Source: an uncultured Acidobacteriota bacterium (lineage in GTDB: Bacteria > Acidobacteriota > Thermoanaerobaculia > UBA5066). Taken from it: DNA of 64,000 nucleotides. The stretch is taken from positions 901,513-965,512 of the forward strand of contig CAVRJB010000019.1 of assembly GCA_963721385.1 (NCBI GenBank). Reading direction: 5' to 3'. Under the pieces are notes generated by a model, which made no database searches, was not told where the DNA came from, and saw nothing but the letters and a program-made list of their open reading frames with translations. Position 1 is the stretch's first letter. The number at the start of each line of letters is the position of its first letter. The translations under genes and the position numbers were made by a program. Shown piece after piece: positions 1 through 13,500 of the stretch.

Positions 1-3880
<3,880 letters not shown>

Positions 3881-3918
3881 CGCGAGGTGCCGCCGCGCGG
3901 CCTGCGTATCATTCGTCG

Positions 3919-5043
3919 ATGCCGGACGACAGGCGGACGGGAGCGGGGGGATCGCCCGTCTGGTGGACGATCGACCCGGCCATCGCCCGGGCCGCGACGC
4001 TTCCGGCCGAGGTCTACGCCGACCCGCGCTGGCTGGAAGCTGCCCGGGAGAAAGTGTTCGCCCGCACCTGGCATCTCATCGGCGACGCCGACCAGCTCCT
4101 CGAGCCGGGGCAGTGTCTCCCGGTGACGCTCCTGCCGGGCTTCCTCGACGAGCCGCTCCTCCTGACGCGCGGCCGGGACGACAGGGTTCACCTCCTTTCC
4201 AACGTCTGCACTCACCGGGGGGCGCTGCTTTGCGAAGGGCCGGCGGTGCAGCCCGGACTCCGATGCCGGTATCACGGCCGCCGCTTCGGGCTCGACGGCC
4301 GCTTCCTGTCCATGCCCGAGTTCGAGGGCGCCGAGGGCTTTCCATCACCGGCAGACGACCTCCCGCAGGTCGCGTTCGCATCCCTCGGGAAGCTGATCTT
4401 CGCCTCGCTCGCCCCGGCCTTCCCGTTCGAGGAGCTGGTCGCGGAGATGACGGCGCGCGTCGGGTGGCTCCCGATCGGCGATGCCGTGCTCGACCCGTCC
4501 CGGTCGCGGGACTACGACGTTCCGGCGAACTGGGCGCTCTACTGCGACAACTACCTCGAAGGGCTCCACATTCCGTTCGTCCACGCCGCCCTGCTCGAAG
4601 CCCTCGATTTCGGCGCGTACCGGACCGAGGTCTACCGGTGGGCGAGCCTCCAGGTCGGAGCGGCGTCCGGCGACGACGCCACTTTCGACTTCCCTCCGTC
4701 TTCGCCGGACCACGGCCGGCGGATCGCCGCCTACTACTGGTGGTTCTTTCCCGACACGATGATCAACGTCTACCCCTGGGGACTGTCGGTCAACCTGGTG
4801 CAGCCCCTCGCGCCGGACCGGACGCGCGTGGCGTACAGGACGTACGTCTGGGAGCCGGGGCTTCTCGGCCTGGGGGCCAGCGCCGACCTGGACCGGGTCG
4901 AACGCGAGGACGAAGCCGTGGTCGAAAGCGTCCAGCGGGGCGTGCGGTCGCGCCTCTACCGGCGCGGCCGCTACTCGCCGAAGCACGAGGCCGGCGTCCA
5001 CCATTTCCACCGGCTCCTGACCCGCTTCCTCGCGGCTGAATGA
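3919..5043 (+). CDS. Rieske [2Fe-2S] non-heme iron oxygenase alpha-subunit-like protein (choline/betaine/carnitine monooxygenase-like class)
   Basis: C-terminal 374 aa of ORF 3358..5043, starting at ATG 3919 (MPDDRR...). Rieske motif CTHRG...x17...CRYHGRRF. The ring-hydroxylating-oxygenase catalytic domain follows (NWALYCDNYLEGLHIPFVH). ATGA overlap with the next gene. Confidence 0.8.
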   Translation: MPDDRRTGAGGSPVWWTIDPAIARAATLPAEVYADPRWLEAAREKVFARTWHLIGDADQLLEPGQCLPVTLLPGFLDEPLLLTRGRDDRVHLLSNVCTHRGALLCEGPAVQPGLRCRYHGRRFGLDGRFLSMPEFEGAEGFPSPADDLPQVAFASLGKLIFASLAPAFPFEELVAEMTARVGWLPIGDAVLDPSRSRDYDVPANWALYCDNYLEGLHIPFVHAALLEALDFGAYRTEVYRWASLQVGAASGDDATFDFPPSSPDHGRRIAAYYWWFFPDTMINVYPWGLSVNLVQPLAPDRTRVAYRTYVWEPGLLGLGASADLDRVEREDEAVVESVQRGVRSRLYRRGRYSPKHEAGVHHFHRLLTRFLAAE

Positions 5044-6437
5044 CGAGGCCCGAAGAGGGAAGCGCCCGCCTCGAGAGGCGGCTCGGGGCGTGGGACGGGG
5101 CGCTCCTGACGGTCGGCTCGGTCGTCGGGACGGGGATCTTCCTGACGACGGGCGACATCGCGAAGGCCCTGCCTCACCCGGGCCTGATCCTCCTGGTCTG
5201 GCTGCTCGGGGGGCTCTTCACGCTCGCCGGTGCCCTGAGCTACGCCGAGCTGGGAGTCCTCTTTCCGCGGGCCGGCGGGATCTACCACTTCCTCAAGGAG
5301 GCCTTCGGCCCGTTCGCCGGCTTCCTGTACGGATGGACTTCTTTCGTCGTCATCATGTCCGGCGGCATCGCGGCGATCGCCGTCGGGTTCGGGGAATACC
5401 TCGGCGCGTTCGTCCCGTTCTTCGCGGGCGGGCGGGTTCTCGTCGAGCTTCCCTTCGGCCCCTTCATCTGGAGACTCGAAGGACCGCAGATCGCCGGTGC
5501 GATCGCGATCCTGCTTCTCACGCTGCTCAACCACGCAGGGCTCCGTGAGGGAGTGGCGGTGCAGAACGTTCTCACCGTCGTGAAGGGCGGCGCGCTCCTC
5601 GTCCTGGCCCTGCTCGGGCTTTTCGGAACGGAGTCCGTCTGGCGGGCGGTGACCGCTCCCGTCGGCCTCTCGCCCCGGGCCTTGCTGGCCGGACTCGCGA
5701 GCGCGATGGTCGCGGCGCTCTGGACGTACGACGGGTGGTATGCGCTGACGCTGTCGGCGGGCGAGGTGCGCCGTCCGGCGCGCGACCTGCCCCGGGGCCT
5801 CGTGGGCGGGACGGCGGCCGTCGTCGGGCTCTATCTGCTCGTGAACGTTGCGTACCTTCGGGCCCTTCCGATGAATCGCCTGGCCGGGATGACCCGCGTC
5901 GGCGAAGGGGCCGCCGAGGCTCTCCTCGGGCCCTCGGGCGGCCGGCTCGTCGCCGCGCTGATCGCGGTCTCGATGCTGGGCTGCCTCGCGGCGACGATCC
6001 TCTACGCCTCCCGTCTCTACGTTCCGATGGCCGAAGACGGGGTTTTCTTCGAGGCCGCGGGGCGCGTCGACCCGGCAAGGCACACGCCCGCCGGAGCTCT
6101 CTGGTTGCAGGGCGTCTGGAGCGCGCTTCTGGCCGTGACCGGCGGCTACCGCGCGCTCTACACGTGGGTGACGTTTGCGGCGGTGCTGTTCCACGTGGCC
6201 ACGTGCATGGCGCTCTTCGTCCTCCGGCGCACCCGGCCAGACGCCGAACGCCCCTACCGCGCGTGGGGCTATCCCGTCGTCCCGGTGCTGTTCCTCCTCG
6301 CAAGTCTCGCCCTCACGGTGGCCACGCTCTTCCAGAACCCGGTCGAATCGGGCCTGGGCCTGATCGTCGTGGCCTCGGGCGTGCCGGCGTGGCTCTGGTG
6401 GCGGAGGAGAAAGGGCGTCGGGTTCCGGGGCGCTTGA
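5040..6437 (+). CDS. APC-superfamily amino acid/organocation permease
   Basis: ORF 5040..6437, 465 aa, about 12 hydrophobic segments. N-terminal APC signature region LGAWDGALLTVGSVVGTGIFLTTGDIA...LSYAELGVLFPRAGGIYHFL. Confidence 0.85.
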   Translation: MTRPEEGSARLERRLGAWDGALLTVGSVVGTGIFLTTGDIAKALPHPGLILLVWLLGGLFTLAGALSYAELGVLFPRAGGIYHFLKEAFGPFAGFLYGWTSFVVIMSGGIAAIAVGFGEYLGAFVPFFAGGRVLVELPFGPFIWRLEGPQIAGAIAILLLTLLNHAGLREGVAVQNVLTVVKGGALLVLALLGLFGTESVWRAVTAPVGLSPRALLAGLASAMVAALWTYDGWYALTLSAGEVRRPARDLPRGLVGGTAAVVGLYLLVNVAYLRALPMNRLAGMTRVGEGAAEALLGPSGGRLVAALIAVSMLGCLAATILYASRLYVPMAEDGVFFEAAGRVDPARHTPAGALWLQGVWSALLAVTGGYRALYTWVTFAAVLFHVATCMALFVLRRTRPDAERPYRAWGYPVVPVLFLLASLALTVATLFQNPVESGLGLIVVASGVPAWLWWRRRKGVGFRGA

Positions 6438-6492
6438 CACGCCGAGAGGCGGCAATCAATAGTCGTCGAAAAAGAGAGGGCGGAGTCCTCAC

Positions 6493-7137
6493 ATGTACGC
6501 CGAGATGAAACAGGCGGTCGTCCTCGGGGACGCGGCCCGGGCGAGGCAGCTCGCCGAAGGCATCGTCGACGGCGAAGGCGACCTCGTCGCGGCGATCGAA
6601 CAGGGCTTTGCCGCCGGGATCCGCCGGGTGGGAGATCTTTGGGAGGAGGGAGAGTATTTCCTCCCCGAGCTCGTCCAGGGCGCCGAGGCCATGAAGGCCG
6701 CCATGTCGGTTCTCCAGCCCGCGCTTCGCAAGCTCCACGGCGGGCAGGCCTCGAAAGGCCGGGTGGTCATCGGAACGGTTCAGGGAGACCTCCACGACAT
6801 CGGGAAGACCCTCGTCGCGACTCTTCTGTCGGCGGGAGGTTTCGAGGTCGACGACCTCGGCAGCGACGTGCCTGTCGATCGATTCCTCGCACGGGCCAAG
6901 GAAAACGGCGCCGACATCATTGCGGCCTCGGCGCTCCTGACCACCACCATGCCGGCCCAGAAGGCGATCGCCGCGGCCATCCCGTCCCTGGGGCTCACCC
7001 GGCGGCCCCGGCTCCTCATCGGCGGCGCGCCGACCACGGCGGCCTGGGCGACGGAGATCGGCGCGGCCTGGGCGGAAAACGCCCTTCGCGCCGTCGCGGT
7101 CGCCGAAGCGCTGGTGGGCGCCGCAAGGCACGCCTGA
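6493..7137 (+). CDS. Cobalamin (corrinoid)-binding protein, MtbC/MtgC/MetH-B12-domain type
   Basis: ORF 6493..7137, 214 aa. B12-binding cap helix bundle followed by a Rossmann domain with the DxHxxG motif (GDLHDIGKTLV), SxL (ASALLTTTM) and GG (LLIGGAP). Confidence 0.85.
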   Translation: MYAEMKQAVVLGDAARARQLAEGIVDGEGDLVAAIEQGFAAGIRRVGDLWEEGEYFLPELVQGAEAMKAAMSVLQPALRKLHGGQASKGRVVIGTVQGDLHDIGKTLVATLLSAGGFEVDDLGSDVPVDRFLARAKENGADIIAASALLTTTMPAQKAIAAAIPSLGLTRRPRLLIGGAPTTAAWATEIGAAWAENALRAVAVAEALVGAARHA

Positions 7138-7158
7138 GCGAGTCTCTTACAGAGACGC

Positions 7159-8049
7159 ATGAACGCCTTCGCCGAGCGCCTGCGCCGCCGCGAAACGACC
7201 CTGCTGGACGGGGGCCTCGGCAGCCTGCTCATCGCTCGGGGCCTCCCCGGGGGCGCGGCGCCCGAGTCGTGGGTCCTTTCGCGGCCCGCGGAGGTCAGCC
7301 GCGCGCACGCCGACTACGTCGCCGCCGGGAGCGACGCCGTACACGCGGCGACCTTCGGGGCGAACGCGATTCGCCTGGCGCGGTTCTCTCTCGCCGACCG
7401 GTGCGAGGTTCTCAACGCGGACGCCGTTCGGCTGGCTCGTGACTCCGGCGCACGCTTCGTCCTTGCGGACGTCGGTCCCACGGGCGAGTACCTCCCTCCG
7501 GTCGGGGCGGCCGACCCGCGGGCCTTTCGGGAAGCGTTCCTTCAGCAGGGGAGGGCGCTGGCCGCCGCCGCGCCGGACGCCCTCCACGTCGAGACGATGT
7601 CGGACCTCCGCGAGGCCCTGGTCGCGCTGGAGGCCCTGTTGGAAGCCGCGCCGGCGATTCCCGTCATGGTGTCGCTGACCTTCGAGCGGAAGAAGCGCGG
7701 TTTCTTCACGATCATGGGGGATCCGCTGGCGGGAGCGCTCCGGGCGCTTGCAGGCGCGGGGGCCGCCGCTGTCGGCGCGAACTGCACGCTCGCGAGCGGC
7801 GAGATGCGGCGGCTCGCCGAGGAGGCCCGCGGAGCGGTAGATCTGCCGCTCGTCATCCAGCCCAATGCCGGGTCGCCGGAGACCCGGGAGGGCTCGGTTT
7901 ACTACTCGCAGGCGCCCGACGCCTTCGCCGACGACATGGCTCTGGTCGCCTCCCTCGGCGTCGAGCTGGTCGGCGGATGCTGTGGAACCGATCCGCGCTT
8001 CATCCGGGCTCTCAGGAGCCGCCTCGTGTCGACGGGACCTCGCGCGTGA
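7159..8049 (+). CDS. Homocysteine S-methyltransferase-domain protein (MetH Hcy-binding module-like, zinc thiol methyltransferase)
   Basis: ORF 7159..8049, 296 aa. LLDGGLGSLL start, HADYVAAGSDAV, the zinc-ligand cysteines in GANCTL and GGCCGTDP are all present. Confidence 0.8.
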   Translation: MNAFAERLRRRETTLLDGGLGSLLIARGLPGGAAPESWVLSRPAEVSRAHADYVAAGSDAVHAATFGANAIRLARFSLADRCEVLNADAVRLARDSGARFVLADVGPTGEYLPPVGAADPRAFREAFLQQGRALAAAAPDALHVETMSDLREALVALEALLEAAPAIPVMVSLTFERKKRGFFTIMGDPLAGALRALAGAGAAAVGANCTLASGEMRRLAEEARGAVDLPLVIQPNAGSPETREGSVYYSQAPDAFADDMALVASLGVELVGGCCGTDPRFIRALRSRLVSTGPRA

Positions 8050-8108
8050 CCGGGACGCGCACGCGCGGCCCGACGCCGCCGGCGGCTGTGGCGTCCGCAG
8101 GGCCTCCC

Positions 8109-8780
8109 ATGATCGTCGAAAGGCTTCGACTCTCGATTCGGGAGAGAGAGGTCCTGCACTTTCTCGGCTACCCGGCAGGGCGGCGTCCTCCGGCGCGACT
8201 CGAGCCCCTCCTCGAGGGGACTCTTCACGAGGCGAGAAGGCTGGCGGCGGCGCGCGGCGCCTTCCGGACGTTTCCGGTCTCCTCGGCCGCCGAGGTCGGC
8301 CTCCCGGCGGAGGAGGCCGACGGGCTCGTTCTCGGCCTCGTCACCGCGGGAGGCGGGATCGAGCAACGCGTGACGGAGCTGCTCGGCCGGGGAGAAGCTG
8401 CCCGCGCCCTTCTGCTGGATGCCGCCGGGAGCGCCGCCGCGGAAGAAGCCGCCCACCGGCTGAGCGTCCGGGTCGTCGGCGGAAGGACGAGCGAGGGGGC
8501 CGACGTCGGCTGCCGGGTCAGCCCCGGATACGGCCGCTGGCCCCTTTCCGCGCAGGAAGCGCTCTTCGCGCGCCTCCCTCACGACGCGGTGGGCGTCTCG
8601 CTGAATCCTTCCATGATGATGGTCCCGCGAAAGTCGATCTCCTTCGCCCTCTGGATCGGCGCGAAAGGCGCGCCGAGATCGGGGCTCTCCGGATGCGACA
8701 CGTGCGGCCTTCCCCAGTGCCGCTACCGCCGGCCCGCCGGAGGCGGGGCATTGCGTTCTTCCCGCGAGGTGACGAGCTGA
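8109..8780 (+). CDS. Vitamin-B12-dependent methionine synthase activation-domain-like protein
   Basis: Part of ORF 7977..8780 from ATG 8109 (MIVERLRLSIREREVLHFLGY...). GYGRWPLSAQEALFARL...VGVSLNPSMMMVPRKSISFALWIG resembles the standalone activation/reactivation domain family (from memory). C-terminal Cys cluster CDTCGLPQCRYR. Confidence 0.6.
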   Translation: MIVERLRLSIREREVLHFLGYPAGRRPPARLEPLLEGTLHEARRLAAARGAFRTFPVSSAAEVGLPAEEADGLVLGLVTAGGGIEQRVTELLGRGEAARALLLDAAGSAAAEEAAHRLSVRVVGGRTSEGADVGCRVSPGYGRWPLSAQEALFARLPHDAVGVSLNPSMMMVPRKSISFALWIGAKGAPRSGLSGCDTCGLPQCRYRRPAGGGALRSSREVTS

Positions 8781-10242
8781 TGGCACTGCAACTGAGACCC
8801 ACCGTCTCCCTGTTCTCTTCCGACGACGTGGAGACCGTCGTCCGAGAGGCGATCAGCGTCCTTTCCCAAACCGGGGTCCTCGTCGAGAACGCACGACGGC
8901 CAGGTTCTTCTGAAAGGAGGGGGAGCTTCGGAGGCGGGCGGCCGCTTCAGGATTCCGGAGGCCATGGCTCGCGGGGCGCTCGCGACCGTTCCGCCGCGCA
9001 TCGGGGTCTTCGACCGGGAGGGCGCTCCCGCGATGGACCTCGGCGGAGATCGCGTTCACTTCGATCCCGGCTCCGCGGCCATCCACCTCTTCGACGCCCG
9101 CGACGGGCCGGCGCCGCGCGATCGGGACCGATGACGTCGTCCGGTTCGCCCGCCTCGTCGACGGCCTGCCGAACTACGCCGCCCAGTCGACGGCGCTGAC
9201 GCCGGGCGACGTCCCCGGCGAGGTCGCGGACCGGTACCGGCTCTACCTGATCCTCAGGAGCGCCGTGAAGCCTGTCGTCACCGGCACGTTCCGGAAGGAC
9301 GGCTTCGCCCCCATGCGCGAGATGCTCCTCGCCGTGCGCGGGAGCGACTCGGAGCTGAAGCGCCGTCCCCTCGCCATTTTCGACTGTTGTCCGAGCCCCC
9401 CGCTGAAGTGGAGCGACCTGACCTGCCAGGCCCTCGTCGACTGCGCCCGCTCCGGGATCCCCGCCGAGCTGGTCTCCATGCCGCTGACCGGCGCGACCTC
9501 GCCGGTCACCCTCCGCGAGGCCATCGTCCAGCAGTGCGCGGAGAACCTGAGCGGCGTCGTCATCCACCAGCTGGCGGGCCCCGGCTCGCCGATCGTCTGG
9601 GGCGGCTCGCCTGCCGCCGTCGACATGCGCCACGGCACGACCCCGATGGGCGCCGTGGAGACGATGATGATCAACCTCGGGTCGTCGCAGGTGGGAAAGC
9701 GGCTCGGCCTGCCGACGCACGCCTACATGGGGCTGTCGGACTCGAAGTGCCCCGACTATCAGGCGGGGCTCGAATCCGGGGTCGGATCCATCCTCGCGGC
9801 GCTGGCCGGCATCAACGTCGTCTCCGGCCCCGGAATGCTCGACTTCGAGATCTGCCAGTCGTTCGAGAAGCTCCTCCTCGATCACGATGCCTGCGGCATG
9901 GCGCTGCGGCTCGTCCGCGGGATCGAGCACCGTGAGGAGGGCGCCGTCGACCTGATCCGGCAGGTCGTCGAATCGACCGAGTTCCTCTCGCACCCTCACA
10001 CGCGGAAGCACTGGCGGGAGGAGCTGACCATCGCGTCGCCGCTGGTGGCGCGGGACACCTACGGCGACTGGGAGGCCCGGGGCGCTCCCCGGGCGGACGA
10101 GGTGGCCGCGAAGGAGGTCGAGCGCCGGCTCTCGAAGTCCCCGCCCCGCCCGCCGGCGGCCGACGTGACCCGCGCTCTCGACGAGATCATGCAGCGCGAG
10201 GCCCGGGCCGCCGGCCTCTCAGAGCTGCCCGCCGTCGAGTGA
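8780..10242 (+). CDS. MttB-superfamily (trimethylamine methyltransferase family) substrate:corrinoid methyltransferase, non-pyrrolysine type; 2 apparent +1 frameshifts
   Basis: ATG 8780 overlaps the previous stop (TGATG). MALQLRPTVSLFSSDDVETVVREAISVLSQTGVLVEN, then (+1 at ~8891) [68 protein letters not shown], then (+1 at ~9096) ATGRRRAIGTDDVVRFARLVDGLPNYAAQSTALTPGDVP...; the last frame is ORF 9265..10242. No in-frame TAG; the stops met are TGA in shifted frames. Confidence 0.8.
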
Positions 10243-10592
10243 GGTTCGGTCAGCCCGAGCCTATCGACTGGCGGAAGATCAACCCCCCGGCGGCGGCGTA
10301 CTCGACCTGATGCTTCAGGGAAAGCCCGCGCGGGGCCGCCGAGGAACCGAGAGCAAGAACATGGGGTCAATCCAGCCGACTTTCCTCCACTTTCATTCTG
10401 GGTGGCCGAAGAAGCCGTGCTGTCGCTGAGCGTTTCGATTCATCTGCATCATGCGCTCGTAGGATCTTGGAGACATTCTGTCTTTAACTAGACGTACTCG
10501 CGACGAAAGGAACGCTCTTGCTCAACAAGGGGGGCCTCGTTAGCCGAATGGCGATAGCCGTTCGACGAAAGAGGTGGAGAACTCGCTAATTC

Positions 10593-13500
10593 ATGCAGAT
10601 GCAGACGAGTACCAATGACGTCCCGGCGCTTCGAGTCTCAGCTCTTGGACTGGCGTCTCTCTCTGCTCTTATCGGCACCCTCGTGCCGACGCGCAACGCT
10701 CAAACCTGCGTCAAGCACTCCGACTTCGAGGGCTGCGGCCTGCCAGCCGCGAGCAGTGCTTCCCGGTCCTGGCAGGGCCGTCCTTCCTGGCTCCAAGACC
10801 CTGGCGGTGCCCGGACCTGGCAGGATACCGCCGGGCGCCGCAGAGCCCGCTCAAGCACGTGCGAGCCCCCCCTCGGCAACTCCATCCCGAACTGCTGCGG
10901 GGGCCGGCCGCCCAGCGACAGTCCCGCCCCGACGATTCTCGCTTCGCACCGCGGGGCACGCGGCTTGCTCGTCGACTACGACGCCCCCAACTTGTACTGC
11001 ACCGACGGTGGGGATTGGCCCCCCTTCTTCACCTGCACCAACGACCCCATGGTGGACGGCGATCACCTGTCCATCAGCGATTCCGGAGGGCCATCGAGTT
11101 CGCCTTGCATCTACTTCGAGCACGGCACGTGGGACACGGGCATCGACATCCCGTGCGGAACGACGAGAAGCTATCAGGCATCGATCAGCTACATCAAGGC
11201 CGGAGGTTCGTTGACGGCCAGCACGACGCTGGCGCCCCTTCACCGGCACCTGCCCGGATCGCCAAATGCTGCCCTTTCACCGGGGCGTCGGGCAGCCGAT
11301 CAACGTCGGCTCGGGCGACGTCATGGCCACCGAGCGCACTCTTCAGCGTCGGTCAGGGCCCTCTGTCGCTGCCGTTCTCGCTCACGTACCACAGCTCGGT
11401 CCCCATGTTCCCCGGGCTCGTCGAGCTCGCCGGTGGGGGTCGGATGGACGCATCCGTACGCCCAGACCCTCAGGCCCGAGGACGCCACCAACAACCGCCT
11501 CTATCACATCACGGCCGGGGGCTACGAGTCGGAGTACGCGCGGATCGCCCCCGACACAACCTGGATCGCCATCAACCCGGGAGAGCTTCGGGGCGCGATC
11601 AAGCAGGTGGGCTCGGAGTACCAGCTCACGAACCTCGAGGGCACCGTGACGCATTTCGACGTGGCCACGGGAAACTGGCTGGCCACCACCGACCGCTGGG
11701 GGAACAGCATCACCGGGACTTACACGGGCGGCCAGCTCACGACGATCACCGACTCGGAGGGGCGACAGATCCAGCTCGTCTACGGGAGCGGGCAGGTGAC
11801 GATTACTCTGCCCGACGGCAATGTCTGGAAGCTCGTCCTGGGCGCCAGCAACACCCTCACGCAGATTTTCGATCCCATGCACTTGGGGGCAGCTCCCTGG
11901 CACAGCTACGCCTACCAGAATGACCACCTGGGAGCCCTGCGCCTGCTCACCTCGATCACGGACGATGCGGGCCAACAGCTCGAGGGACACACCTACGACT
12001 CCGTGACCGACCGTGGGCTGACCTCCTCGCAGGCTGGCGGCACGCGGAGCAACGTCAGCATCGTCTACAACACTCCGACGACTCGCACCGTCACTCACAC
12101 GATCGACGGCTCCACACAGGAGACGACCACATTCACAATGGCCTACCTCGTCGGCCGTTGGCTTCCTACGCAGATCTCGGGCCCGTGCGCCTCCTGCGGC
12201 GGCTCGGACGCCGACCTTCAGCTCTTCACGTACGACTACTCCAACCATGTGATCGACAAGAAGAACGGCTCGGGGGCGGAGCAGTCCGAGACCCAGTACA
12301 CCTACGACGGCAACGGAATGATGCTCACGCGGAAAGAGGCCGTGGGCAAACCCGAGCAGCAGACGACGACTTATGCCTACGGCTATGCCTCCGGAACCCC
12401 GTCGGGCGGCGCCCCCTGGCCCAGTTTTGTCACTTCCGTGACTCAGTCCTCGGTCGCCAAGGCCTTCCAGAGCAAGGTGACGACGTACGCCTGGAATGCC
12501 GCTGGAACGCCCGAGACCACGCTGACGACCTCTGCGTCCGGCTACCTGAAGAACACTGACACCTCGCCGACCGTCTACACGACGACGACGATCTTCGATT
12601 CTCACCATCGCCAGACCGAGACGGACGGCCCCGCGGCCAACCAGAGGACCACCTTCTCGTACTTCGCCGACGCGGACGCCACACTGAATCGGCGCGGGCG
12701 TCTCCAGCGAACATCGGTCTACACCTCGGCCACGGCTCACCTGGACACGCAGTACGACAACTACGACGTTTTCGGAACGGCGAAGAAGGTCCTGGATGCC
12801 AATGGCGTCGAGACCGACCGCGTGACGGACGCCGTGGGCCGGGTCACCAGCGTAACCTCCCTCCATGTCACGGGCGATCCCAATGAGACGCTCGACTACA
12901 CCACCGGCTACGCGTACGACACCCGGGACCGCCTCACGAAGGTGACCCTGCCGCTCGGCAACCAGCTCCAGTACAAATACGAAGACGGTACGAATCGGCT
13001 GACCGACACGATTCGGGCCGATGCCTCGGGGATCCAGCGGGAGAGGCTGCACCTGACGCTGAACGTCATCGGAGGCAAGACCCTGGAAGAGGCCCAGAGC
13101 TGTGACGCGCCCGCCACCACCTGCGCCGCCTGGACGACCCGGCGAAGCGACAGCTTCAGCTACGACTCGCACAACAGGCTTTCTGCCATGACCCACCCCG
13201 ATGCCACGCACCTGAACTACACGTACGACAGCCGAGGCAACCTCCTGACCGTCCAGGACGAGCGGCACACCGCCGCGAACACGGTCTATGCCTATGACTT
13301 CCTGAACCGGCTCAAGACGGTCACCCAGCGCCAGACGCTCGTCGTCGGCCCGGACGTGGTCACGCAGTACTCCTACGACGTCCAGGACAACCTCACTGTC
13401 GTGACGGATCCGAACAGCAACGTCACGACCTACGCGTACGACGACTTCCGGCGGATGCAGATGCAGACGAGCCCCGTCACCGGTGTCACGAGCTACGCCT

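Noticed and set aside
8780-10242. Possible pyrrolysine (in-frame TAG) recoding in the MttB-family gene.
   Set aside because: The premature stops encountered are TGA codons in frames entered through single-base insertions. After correcting the two +1 shifts no in-frame TAG remains, so this looks like a non-Pyl family member.
10243-10592. Search for tRNA genes or att sites at the island borders and elsewhere (T-loop-like GGTTCGA/GGTTCAA strings).
   Set aside because: The few matches (for example ~20945 and ~39190) lie inside coding sequence and lack acceptor, D and anticodon arm complementarity. No tRNA, tmRNA or rRNA could be supported.
10593-13471. 17-nt identity atgcagatgcagacgag at the rhs start (10593) and internally (13455), both encoding MQMQTS. 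Considered as a recombination footprint or an internal start.
   Set aside because: There is no flanking homology. A single 17-mer coincidence in 64 kb of biased-composition sequence is not improbable enough to interpret.
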